A stretch of 60,580 nucleotides of DNA, counting the filler, from Dugesia japonica (taxonomy: Eukaryota), in assembly GCA_001938525.1 (NCBI GenBank). It is 5 parts of 5 records of this genome, joined end to end, with 100 filler letters (N's around TTAATTAATTAA, not from the genome) between each part and the next. Parts side by side here need not be neighbours in the genome. Positions count along the whole stretch, not along the records: positions 26,318 to 35,477 come from MQRL01590376.1; positions 35,578 to 51,461 come from MQRL01528443.1; 3 more parts are not named here. One strand, given 5' to 3'. The translations under genes were made by a program, and so were the position numbers. The notes below the pieces were generated by a model. It searched no databases and was not told the DNA's origin. It saw nothing but the letters and a program-made list of their open reading frames with translations. Shown here piece after piece: positions 26,218-38,482 of this stretch. Every line of letters starts with the position of its first letter. Within the stretch, counting starts at the first letter, position 1.

Positions 26218-26416
26218 NNNNNNNNNNNNNNNNNNNNNNNNNNNNNNNNNNNNNNNNNNNNTTAATTAATTAANNNNNNNNNNNNNNNNNNNNNNNNNNN
26301 NNNNNNNNNNNNNNNNNTATATATATATATATATATATATATATTTAAACAATTATATGTAAAATGTCATGGTTACGACAAACCTACTTGGCTATCTGCA
26401 TCTCAATTAGTTAACA

Positions 26417-27445
26417 ATGAACAACTCAAATAATTTCTATACAATTATACCTAGTAATAACTGTCCACGTATTCATCCAGATAATAAAGCCAGTAAATTT
26501 ATAGTTGAACTTGATAATCCTATTTTTTTGAATGGAAATTGGTAAGTAATATTGATGGACTTTACTTTTCTATATAATACATTTCCACTTTATAGCGAAT
26601 AAATGGTTAAAATAGATACTGGAAAATCAGAAACTAAGAATATTTTTGTTTTTATTTCAAACGGAGATAATAAATTGATTTGTGAGGATCAATGAATTGA
26701 AATAGTTAATGGTTACGATATGATAGTAATATAGTAATATCATGATTATGTTATTGAATTTGAAAATTTAGAAGTTGCAAAAAGATTTGTTTTCAATAAG
26801 TTAAAGAATGATATGAATAGTGGAGGTATTATACCTTTTAAAGATTTTAAAATTAATAAAGACATTGAAAAGATTTTAAATTAACGTATAGTAAAGAAAT
26901 AACTAGTTACCTGAAGTTTGAAAAAGACTTATACATTAAAAATATACAAGAATTAGATGAATTCGTGAAATAGATATTTAAAGATGTATTCAAAACTTGT
27001 ACATTAAAGAAAAATGAATTATTTAATTTTTCATTGCAGTCACATGTTAAAAGTATCACCTTTGATAGAATCATGACAAAAACGTCGGGATTAGATAGAC
27101 AAACATATATCTAAAGTAACCTAAATTTACCTCATCTAGATCAAATATTCACAGGAGTTAGAAACCCAAAAATAATCGTCAATCCCCATCAAATGTTCAT
27201 CTATAGTATTATTGTTGAACCTATCATTGTTGGTGATGCAAATGTTCCTCTGTTGACATCAGTATAGTTGGAGAGTTATATAGATGATCAACTCGTTCAA
27301 ATAATAGTCAAAAATCCTATCCAATTGCTACTTCATGTATAAACAATATAGAAATCAATATCAGAGATGATAACGGCGATTTATTAGATTTAATCAAGAT
27401 ACAAAAACTCAATTAACATTACATTTGAGAAAAATATTCTTAGAT
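26417..27445 (+). pseudogene. Penton gene from a different Polinton type
   Basis: Not in ORF track. FYTIIPSNN...HPDNKASKFIVELDNPIFLNGNW*V and MFIYSIIVEPIIVGDANVPLL...INNIEINIRDDNG...LTLHLRK; many stops. Confidence 0.8.
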
Positions 27446-28276
27446 GTATTGGTTCAATTGGAATGAAAATAGCGCCGGATGTTATAAATAATAAAGCAAA
27501 ACTTTTACTATCACTCAAAACAAATTCAATGAATGAATTTAATAACTTTATGGATTAAGATGAGCTTTCAAAAATTTTTAAATTATGAAACTCATTTTAA
27601 TAAATGAGAATGTGAAACAAAACATTATGAGAAAACTTTGAGTAACTAAATTTAAAGGAAATAATTAATATAAATAAAAAATATTTTGCAAAAAACGTAT
27701 ATAACAATTTGGACAGAAAATTGAGATATTTTAACATTTTTTCGGAATTCGATCACAAAACCTTCTGTTATTAATGAAAAATAAAAGTTGACATGAAACC
27801 AATGAAATCACTTCATGATCGAATCATGTTATTAGTAGTTAATGGATGTATAAAAATCAATTTTGAAATCTTTAATTTGTCAATGTATTTTATTGGGTTT
27901 TTAATTTAAATCAGGTTTTGGTGTGTTGATTGAACTCACTTTTGGACTCAGATTTGTTCCTTGGTGGAGTTGTCTGAAGAGAGTGATATTTGATTAAAGG
28001 TGAAAATGTTATTATTATAAACCATATTCCACAGAGGCACCTTTATATGATTCTTGTTAGATAATTATGTTTCTTAATAACAGTGGACAACATGTTTCTA
28101 GAGGTTTTGAGTTGTTGTTGCCCGAAATTTTATTAATATCAGTGATAATAATTTTTAATAATTTTTGATATTAATTAACAAAGAAAATAAAAACAACAAA
28201 TGGTTCAAATGTATTTGATAAATAAATGAATTATATTAATAATCATTAATATTTATATATTAAAGTAAATTTGTAG

Positions 28277-29397
28277 CAAATTGTTCTTAATCAATTGGAG
28301 GAATTCTATAAAATAAGTAGTGAAAGAATAAATATTATATTCGAAGAAGAAATGCTTGTATTCACCATGGATTCTACATTTGAGAAGGAAAATGGTTATG
28401 AATTATAATTAATTTATTTATTAATTTTTTAAAATTAATAGTTATTAATGAATTAGTTAAGTAATTATTATTTATTATTAATAAAATTATTTATTTATTA
28501 ATTTTTTAATTAATTTTTTAAATAATTAATCATTATTTTATTCTTGTTTTTTTTTACTTTTAGAAATTTTTACATCAGTAGAAAACAAAACCTTGCCTCT
28601 TTTTGTTCTTAGAGAAGAAGCAAAGTGTGTAAAAGTTTTAATTACGGTATATACTCGTGTATAAGCTGAGTAATTTTGGATTAATTTGGTTTTAAAAGTT
28701 GATGGATCGGCTTATACAGAAACTTGCTTTTAATTAAAATAATAATAATGATTCAATAATTAATTGATAATAAATGTAACGTGTCAAAAAGTGATTGATA
28801 TTATGTATATTAATTTACAGAACCAATTAAATTCAATTATTATTACTTTGTTTGAATCAGTTTATTTTTTTGCTTATCAAAGTCAGTAGAATGCGTTTTG
28901 GTGCCAATAAACAGAAGCAGTCATCATATTATTCTGCTTTTAAACTTATAGTTGCATAATTAAATATTCCCCAAATTTTATTTGTAATATGTCGGCTTAT
29001 ACGCGAGTGTATACGGTATATTTATTATAAATTATTGGTTTCTTTAAAAGTCAATCAGCGGATCCTTTGAAGGAAAACTCTAAAAAATTGCATGAAATTA
29101 TTACTGTCTATTTAAAAGTATGTTACTATTATTTTATTATAATAACATAATACTTTATTTTATATTTCATTTTTTCTAAAGATTGTTAACGCACGTTTGT
29201 CTGATTTGATTCCAATGTCGATTCGTCAATGTTTACATGTGGAATTAAGCGAAAGCTTAAAAGGAAAATTGTCAGAGTTTGCCGCATCCCCAAATATAAA
29301 AATTGAAGAAAATTGGACTGTTCGTGATGAAAGAATAAATTTACAAAATAAAATCAATAGATTAAGAAAGGCTCGAGATGAATTATCAAAACTCTAA
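28277..29397 (+). CDS. Mx/dynamin-like GTPase, last four exons (28277-28394, 28564-28624, 29051-29117, 29182-29397)
   Basis: GT-AG introns with consistent phases (1,2,0) give an open frame: EEEMLVFTMD...LHEIITVYLK/IVNARLSDLIPMSI...EENWTVRDERINLQNKINRLRKARDELSKL*, a GED domain most like Mx. Confidence 0.8.
28645..29016. mobile_element. Tc1/pogo-type MITE in an intron of the Mx-like gene
   Basis: Imperfect TIRs CGGTATATACTCGTGTATAAGC / GCTTATACGCGAGTGTATACGG flanked by TA on both sides. Confidence 0.85.
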
Positions 29398-29587
29398 GAT
29401 TAGAATTGACCGAGTTATACAAATTAAAGACAATTTAGAAAATTTCGTTATTTTAAATGTAATGATAATAAATTTTATTTATCTGAAATAAAGTTTAAGC
29501 ACCAATTATTTTTATCGTACAATTTTACAATACAAAATATGTATTTTGGATTTAATATTTTTTTTACTTTTTAACTTTTACACATTT

Positions 29588-30575
29588 ATGACTAAAAATC
29601 ACCATTTTCAGGAAGCATTACATTTTCTGTTCAATTTTAAGAACAGTGCTATTGATTTACATAAACTACTTGTAGAATTTAGTAGCAATCATTCTTTGGG
29701 TGAAAGAACTTGCCGAGAANNNNNNNNNNNNNNNNNNNNNNNNNNNNNNNNNNNNNNNNNNNNNNNNNNNNNNNNNNNNNNNNNNNNNNNNNNNNNNNNN
29801 NNNNNNNNNNNNNNNNNNNGATTGTCAAACGCAAGAGTTATTGTCGCTTCATTGAATATATAAAATCCATTTCTACCGATTACGTGATATGGGAAACATT
29901 TAGAAGGATGGAAAATTAGTGCCATATAAATTAACAGAAAGAAATAAACATCAGAGTAAGATCACGTGCAAAATTGTGATATAAAGAAATAAAAAAGCCC
30001 TTCCTGAATCGTATTGTAACTGGCAATGAAACTTGGATTTATTTATTTAAACACAGTTTTCATGGAAAGAAATGTTATTGCGTGTGTAGAGGGATCAAAA
30101 AGGGCTAATGAGGTAAGAAAGACAGTTACTAGCAATAATTATTAACATCAAATAGTGAGATTAAATCATGTACTCACAGAAAAACGATCAAAATGGCCCC
30201 AATGCATGAAAAAGTGATTTTACTTCAACGCTGGCCTCATGTTGCAAACCTTGCCAAAGAAAAAATATAAAAACTGAAATGAGAGGTTTCGATCCACCCA
30301 CCGTACTCAATAGACATTGTTGCATAGGATTCAGTAGATGAAACATGACCTGTCGCAGCAAAGTTTCACAAGTTATCAAGATTTCAAAAAAATGAATAGA
30401 ATGCTTTGAAACAAAATCAATTCTTCTATGAATGAATTCATAAATTGCACAACCTTTGAAAAAATATTGATAATAATGACAGAAAATATTTGTAATAAAA
30501 ATATAGGCAGAATTTACATTGCAATTTATTTCCTAAATCGAAAGTATTGGCGGAATAATACTTGTACACCTAATA
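29588..30575 (+). mobile_element. Decayed mariner transposon
   Basis: HFQEALHFLFN...LGERTCRE HTH; FLNRIVTGNETWIY; HPPYSIDI; right terminus ...TTGTACACCTAATA. Confidence 0.85.
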
Positions 30576-30949
30576 GATTGATAATTTCAGTAAGTATAAA
30601 TTATATTATAGTAGATAGATGCATATGCACCAGACCAGATGATTGACAGGTCACTTCACACATCATTAATTTTTAATTTACTATGAACATTAATCGAAAA
30701 TGAATTAATGAAGCGTGAGCGTCACTAATTGTTGACATCATTAAATTAATGATGCGTGAGGGCCACTACCGGTAAACTGTTATTAAACTATAAATTAATA
30801 AAGCGCTAACGTTACTTCCGGAAAGTTTTTATTAAGATAATTTATATATGATGTGTTAGGTCAATCTTTAATTCGTAATTGGTTATTCAAATCAAAACTA
30901 AGTTCATTGGTTGCCTAAACGGTTTTACATTGCTTGATTCACCACTTGT

Positions 30950-32620
30950 GATTATTTTGTGTCTTGTTAGATGTGTGCGTTCTACATCCAAATTATCTAT
31001 CATAAAAGTATCTTATTTACTTTTAATTATTTTCAATAACCGTTGATCCTCTTTAATCTTAAAAATATTTAAAGCTCTTGTTAATCGCTCTCCTTTTTTA
31101 ATTTGTCTCCCATATTTCACTTCAATATTACAAATGTAAGTTTCTGATTTTTCATCCGTTTTGCTGTTAACCTTTCGCATAAGCTGATATCCAAACATAT
31201 TCTGCATATCTATTCCTCCTATCAGATCTGGTGTCACTCTTTTAGCAACTAAGAAAGTAATCTCTTTGCAAACTTTATCAATTATCACTCCAATTTTAAC
31301 TTTTCGAACAATTTCAAGTGTAATATTATTTGCACAACGCAATCTTACATCACTCATTTTTAAATGCATTTTTCGTAATTTATTAAAAAAAACTCAAACT
31401 CATAACGTTAATTCTAGCCCTTGTATCTAATAAACATTCTACTTTATTTCCTTGAATTGATACCGTAATACTTGGTCTGGTTTGCAATTTATGGTAAGAA
31501 ATATTTGTTTTCTGTTCTGCTTCAATTGTTCCAACTCATTCTACTTTTCTATCATCCGCAAAATTTTCCATCTTTAAGAACCTGTATACTTTTTCTGTAA
31601 CTTTTCCTATATCATCCCACTTTTCAGCCCCTTGAGGATAATGACTAACTTCATTTAACAATAGATGGCTCCAACCAACTCCTCAACTGGTGGAGCCTTG
31701 CCTTTTGGGTACTGCCATTCAGAATCACTTTCATACTCTTCGTCATATTCATCGTTTGTATTAACATCTTCAGCTTCAATCGCGTGTACTCGATTATATC
31801 GGTTTTTTGATCTTTCTGTAGACATAAATTTCTCACTAGTTCTTTTCATTTTTAAATTTGTGTAGCACTTTTCTGCTCTATGTTCACCATTACCATATCC
31901 TTTACACCTCACTTTTTGACATAGCCTTCTAATATGGCCAACCTTTCTACAGCCAAAACATTTTGTCGGTTTTTTATTTGGACAATCTCGACTTATATGT
32001 CCTGTTTTATGACAACTCCAACACTCTACCACTTTTTTCGTTGGAAAATTTGCTTTATTATGACCTATCTTATGACATAACCAACATTCGATATTTTGTT
32101 TTTCCTTTCTTTGATCCAAATGTCTATTCACGGTGTGATTTACAAGTTTCTGATCATTTTGACTTGTAACTCTCGTGTAACTTCTAACTGCATTGACTTG
32201 ATCTAGGTTTTTCTCTTTTCTTTCTACTAACGTTAATATTTCTTCAATTTATTCTATATTCTCTCGTTTCNGCAAAGTCACTTCTTCTTCAACTTTTTTG
32301 TTATCTGAACAATATTCTAGCATCTTTGCTACCACTTTTTCTTCAGCAAACTCTTTATTTGTAAATATTCGTTTTACTAAATCGTTTACATTTTTAAAAT
32401 AAACTTGAATCTCTTCATTTCCATGCCTGTAATTAATCAAATTTGGAAAATCTTTGATAACATCTTTCTCTTTTTCAAATGCCATACGTTAGCGAGCCTG
32501 GAAACTTTCAACATTTTTAATCATCTTTACATATTCTTCCAAAAATTCTTCATCTAACAAACAAGAGACTAATCTTTCCTGTTGTTTCACATGGGTGATG
32601 TTTTTAGCTTCAAAATACAA
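30950..32620 (-). pseudogene. Ty3/gypsy gag-protease fragment
   Basis: Several CCHC knuckles (CWSCHKTGHISRDC, CFGCRKVGHIRRLC), protease ECLLDTRA, linker homologous to 44280-44480; truncated at both ends. Confidence 0.85.
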
Positions 32621-32624
32621 TTCA

Positions 32625-33196
32625 CAAACTTACAGAATATGTGTATGGAACCAAACAACCAGCAATTAATTTATTTAGATTTATCAGAATATTTGATCCA
32701 TGACAACTTCCACTCTTATCAAAGAATTTTGCCAAATACCTACAATTAGTTCCGGCAATTATAGATGTAGTGGATGAATGGCAAGCTTGTTTAGATTTGG
32801 CATCTCGTGAAGTTATCCATGCTAATATCAATGATTTTTCGTGTGTTTAAGAGAACAGATTGCCTTACTTATCAAATCTTGTTAAAGTATACATAGCATT
32901 GCTGATCTCTTCTGTTAATGTTGAACTCTCATTCTCGAAATATGGATCGGTACTGTGGCCACTAAGGTATTCTCTGTCACAGCAAAACCTAAGAGCCTAT
33001 AATGTCATTTACTTTAATAATAAATAATTATTACAATCTTTTTTTCATTTAAATAGATTTGAGTTTTTTTTGCATTTAATTATATTTCACTGTGAAATTA
33101 TTACTAGTTATTTATTGCTTAACCTGGCACATTACGTCATTTGCAGTGTGCCACGGAAATTAATAAAATTTTTGCCGCGGTAAATAGTGGGCCCTA
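32625..33196 (+). mobile_element. hAT transposase 3' fragment
   Basis: IRIFDP...ISSVNVELSFSKYGSVL..LRYSLSQQNL dimerisation-domain motif; GC-rich terminus ...GCCGCGGTAAATAGTGGGCCCTA. Confidence 0.65.
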
Positions 33197-33599
33197 TTCA
33201 TCATCATAAATTGAACAATGTCTTTCATTCCAATATTAATTTTTTCGGAAGTGGCGCTCATGGTTCATTAATTTATTATTGTGTAAAGTAAATTAATTAT
33301 ATGCATCAATAGTCTAAAATTTGATTAATTGAATTAATTATTAATATCATGTGAAATAAAATTAAATTATGTATAATAATATAAAAAAATAGCGCTCACA
33401 CATCATATATATATAAATTCGTGACGCTCGCGCTTCAATAATTCATTGTCAATTAATGTTTGTAGTTAATTAAAAATTAATGATGTGGTAAGTGACCTGT
33501 CAATCATCTGGTCCAGTGCATATGCATCTACCTACTTATTATATTTATACTTTTCTCTTAAAAACAAAAGACCTTTCATTTGTAATATGTATGATGGTG

Positions 33600-33940
33600 T
33601 GGTTTAAATCAACAAATTTAAATTGATATTATACGAAAACTACAACAAAGATGAGACATAATGCTGATTTCGTAAAAGATTTGATATAAATATAAAAAGA
33701 CACTCGTTAGGTAGTCTCATGAAGCTCTTTAAATCAACAGGTTTGTGAAAAAATCATTCAAGATCAGGGAGACCAAAATCCGTATGTACTTTCAAAAACA
33801 GCCAAGCTCTTGAAATTGCTTTAGCTGATAATCCATAAAAGTCTAAGAGACGAGCATTACAAGAACTTGATATATCTGTAACATTGAATGTAAGATTGCT
33901 ACGCGATGTTTGACATCATATCATTCACACTTGCACCGTT
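33600..33940 (+). pseudogene. Tc1/mariner transposase N-terminal fragment
   Basis: FKSTG..., RSGRPKSVCT, KSKRRALQELDIS motifs, degraded. Confidence 0.6.
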
Positions 33941-34639
33941 AACTGTATGTTATAGAGAAATGCTGATAATTGCAACCTTTTATTATTATTGAAAATAGAA
34001 TTTTTATATTAAAACGACAAAAAAATCCGATAATTATTTCACATAAATACATTTTAAATATAATAAACAAATACATCTAATTCCCCTGTTCAATGACTAA
34101 TTGCATTCAGCATTTGAATTTCTAGAACTGCAATTTGGATTTTTATTTTTAGTTATGACTTGTTAATTCCTTTCCGACCCTGAATATTCGTACTCTGAGA
34201 TGTTATGTCTTATCATTCCTGTTAACTTACGGTATGTGTTTCATCTGATTATAATTTTTCCATATTACCTTTTGGCATTTGTTACTCTTGAAGATATACA
34301 TCAACTAATTTTTAACGGAAATATTAATTAAGGTTCCTATAAATCATGGACCAAATCTATCTCTGTCTTTGTTTCTCACAATTTAGTTTCTTAAATAATT
34401 TTGTTCTATCGTAACCTTTGAATTTTCTATGGTTCATTGTTTCCATATTAATGTTAACTTATTTGTGTAATTATTTTAATTTACCTTGTAAATTAAATAA
34501 AAACACGTCGTAATCTTTTGTCTCAATATCATTGTTTTTAGAAATATTGCAAAAATTACAGCTAGCAATTATGATCAGAATAGTATTTAGTAACTTTACT
34601 TGAAAAGAGAATCTGCTGCAAATATTACCCATGAAAGAA

Positions 34640-35160
34640 CGAACAAGAGGTGAAAATATTTACAACACATTGAGCAAATATATCAAGTTGATTAAAATGC
34701 CTTTGTTTTTAAGCTGTCTGTGATAATTACTGATGGAGCACCAGAAATGGTTGGTAAAATCAATGGATTTATTGTCCTATGAAAGAAAGTTGAATCATTT
34801 TCAAACATCATGTTAGATCACTGTATTATTCACCAGAAAGTCTTGTGTGGCAAAATACTCTCATATGAACACGTTATTAAAATATTTACAAAAATAATAA
34901 ACTCCATTCAAGCATCCAATTTGCAGCACCAACTTTTGAAGGCCCTATTGAAAGATGCAGAAAATGATCTCAGCGTGCATACGGAAGTACGTTAGCTTAG
35001 TGAAGGCAAAGTTCTTACAAATTTGTAAGCTCAATTGAAAAAATAAAAATATATCTTGACATCAAAAATAAAAATTTCGATGAACCAATCGACATTTGCT
35101 GGTTGGTGGACTTCGGTTTTCTCACAGACATAATTCATTTAAAGCATAACTCGTTTTATG
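34640..35160 (+). pseudogene. hAT (GTF2IRD2/Charlie/SPIN-like) transposase fragment
   Basis: TRGENIY, ITDGAPEMVGKINGF, HCIIHQ, HTEVR*LSEGKVL. Confidence 0.85.
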
Positions 35161-36199
35161 GATATCCCATTTGCAGATAAAGTCTCTCGTGCATTTTCCT
35201 AACATAGGTAAAATGACAGGTAACACAGAATTCAATGTGTCATTATGTATTAATAATTTTTGTTGCTTCAAGAATATTTTGAAAAGTGATTTCAGCAGTT
35301 TAATACCATCGAGCCAATGATATCCTGTTTTATCAATCATTCGTAAGAAGGCAACAGTCGAAAATTTGAATTTCTTTAAAAATACATTTTATTTTGATCG
35401 TAGCTAGTAGATAGATAGTGGCGGATAAGAACAGCACACATTCAGTAACCCCCCCCCCGACGTAATCGGATTATTACNNNNNNNNNNNNNNNNNNNNNNN
35501 NNNNNNNNNNNNNNNNNNNNNTTAATTAATTAANNNNNNNNNNNNNNNNNNNNNNNNNNNNNNNNNNNNNNNNNNNNTCAAAATTAAAAAATTCTAAGTA
35601 TAATATATCTATAATATCTAAAAGACTTTTCTATATTGGTCAAAAAAAATTGAAACTTTTTTGATTTAAAAAATTAAAAAAAAAATTAAGATCATTAAAT
35701 TTCGGAAAAAAATAAACCAATAAAATTTTGATAAAATTTAAAGAATTTAGTAACAAAGCTCTATTGCATTGAATATCNNNNNNNNNNNNNNNNNNNNNNN
35801 NNNNNNNNNNNNNNNNNNNNNNNNNNNNNNNNNNNNNNNNNNNNNNNNNNNNNNNNNNNNNNNNNNNNNNNNNNNNNNNNNNNNNNNNNNNNNNNNNNNT
35901 GAAATCTCAAATCCGATCAATGGTTAAGTCCAACAATTATTCTCACAATAATTGTAATTATAAAATAAAGAAAAGAATCCAGAATTATAAACGATGCAGA
36001 TGGAAAAAGCCCGCTATCGACATAATGTTATAATATCCAAAACAGAGTGTTTATTTTATAATTAATAAACAAAATGCTAGACACTCAAAATTTTCATGTA
36101 ACTTTATCTATGTTTATGTATATATTTGTAAATACATTAAGTACCTCATTACAGTTGCAATTATGATTTTAATAAAAATCCTAATGAAATAACTCAAAA

Positions 36200-36780
36200 A
36201 GTAAAGAAACCGTCTTCAAAATATTTCACTGATCCTATTAAAAATTGAAACCATTTGTTTCTACATAGCATTCATATTTTCTTGTGTGCAAATTTAGAAG
36301 AAATACAGGTTGAAGAAACGGCGTAATCGATATCACAATGCTCAACAAATGGATTTTAAATAAATGGAGGACAACGACCAAGAACGAAATATTAAAATTT
36401 TTGTCATGTTTCTTTTATAAGCAGGATCACAAAAACTTTTTGGGGTAGCATACTAGCCAGTATATTATAATAAGTTGATTTCCTTTCAATAAAAATATCC
36501 AAATAAAGGCAAAATACCATTTCTTTCCTCCTCAACAGTAAATCTAATATTAGGATGTAACGAATTGATAAAACTCTGGAAAGGCAAAACATGTTCACGA
36601 TTACCAAAAATAAGGAAAACGTCGTCAGCATATCTTTTGTAAGTAAGAGGGTGATTCAAAGAAAATAAGTTCATTCGTTTTACAAGCATATTCAGGAAAA
36701 TCGACGCTAATGTCGAAGCTAAAGGAGAACCCATAGATACTCCATCAATCGGTTTATACCATTCATTGTTAGATATAAAA
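36200..36780 (-). pseudogene. Penelope-like retroelement reverse transcriptase fragment
   Basis: YKPIDGVSMGSPLASTLASIF, YKRYADDVF, NSLHPNIRFTVEEE, LDIFI. Confidence 0.88.
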
Positions 36781-38482
36781 AAAATTTCAATTTTTGAAGT
36801 TTTAATATATTTTCATGTTTTTGTTAAAAGTTTTGTATTTCATTTTTTAAAATCACTTTTAATTTTTGTATTATTTTAGAGGATTTTAGAAAAAATTTAA
36901 AATAATTTAAAAGTAAAAATTTTTACATAGTTATGAAAATGTATTTGATTTAAGAGTTTAAATAGTAATTTTAATAAAATTTTATTGTAAAAAAATTTAT
37001 TATTAGATTATAAATTAATTTTGTATTTAAAAATTTTNNNNNNNNNNNNNNNNNNNNNNNNNNNNNNNNNNNNNNNNNNNNNNNNNNNNNNNNNNNNNNN
37101 NNNNNNNTAATCTTTGTTTAAATAATATAGACTGAATAAACTCATTTTTTCATTTTTGTTTGATGATGACGGTTGATCCTTTAAAATATATAACAATAAA
37201 GTTTTATTTTAAATGGCGTGTTTTATTTTTCTTTGAAGAAATTGTTTTTAATTTAAAGTTTTAGAAAATTTAGAGAATTGTATTGTGCTGTGTACAAAAT
37301 ACAATTTAAAACTTTAAGAAAATAAAACATTCATAATTCATCCAAAGTCACATTCAAACAGCCCGGACTTTTTCAAGATGGAATTCATTAGCTTCTTGTA
37401 AGATGGCTTAAAAGTATCTTTAACAATGGTGATTTCTTTAATTGAAAATTTTGTGTCACTTTTTTAATACATTTTAGAGCTAGCTGAAGAATTTGGATTA
37501 TTTATTTGTGGAAGTTATAAATAATTTTCTTTTTGATAGTATTATAATTGTGGTAATCATGTAGATCTTCAAGATATGTATGAATAAATTCCTAAAAAAT
37601 GAATTCATTATACTCCTTAATTTTAACTTTAATATTTTTCTTCTAATATTTTTTTATAATATCTAAACAATAATCAGCAACAATTTACTGTAATTTACAA
37701 TGGTATATAATTCTTCTGATCATTCACAAAACCTCGCAAAATCTCCAGCATATTGTGTTTCTATTCCCATTGAATTCTTGCTTGAATTATTCATTGTAAT
37801 AATATAAATAATTTTTAAATACTAATTCAAGCAACTAATTAATTAGATTGGATTAATCATATTCTACTAATTATTTCATTAAATTATATGGTTCGATCAA
37901 AATGTTGTTTTATTAATATTTTTTATTTGTTGTTAGTAATTCGAATTTTCGACAGTTGTCTTCTTTAGAATTCCATATCTGGATTTATTCAAGATTTATT
38001 TATTGAAATCGAAAACTGTTTGGAATTTTATATTACTAAATTTTTATTCTTTTATTTCTAAATAACTATAAATTACAATTATTTTAGGTTTATCTTTAAT
38101 TATTAATTATTAATTTTTCATGTTGCTTTATGTGAAATGTAAAAATGTAGCGTGTTCCTAGTGTGTTCTATTAACTACCTCATTAATTCCGTTTAATTTC
38201 AACAAAAATCATTAATTTCACCTAATTTAAACTAAAATTCAATTCCCAGTGACTAGATAATGATCAATCAATAATTACATCACAGACACACATAAAACTT
38301 TGACCAATCAAAACGCTTAAAATTGGAACTCATATACCTTTAAAAATTCCTGGCAAAGGTTACCAAGTATGGCCCTATCTGTTTACTATGATCCAAAAAT
38401 TCCCGATTTCATTATACTTTTTATTAGGTTTTCTTAATATTTAATTAACAGTATTATATTGATATTTGATATTTATTTGAAG

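Larger units (their letters stand above)
30593..33551. mobile_element. Non-autonomous element with ~135-bp TIRs and subterminal repeats, carrying nested fragments
   Basis: 30593-30726 (AGTATAAAT...GATGCATATGCAC...CCAGATGATTGACAGGTCACTT...GAGCGTCAC) is the imperfect inverse of 33421-33551. Confidence 0.85.
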
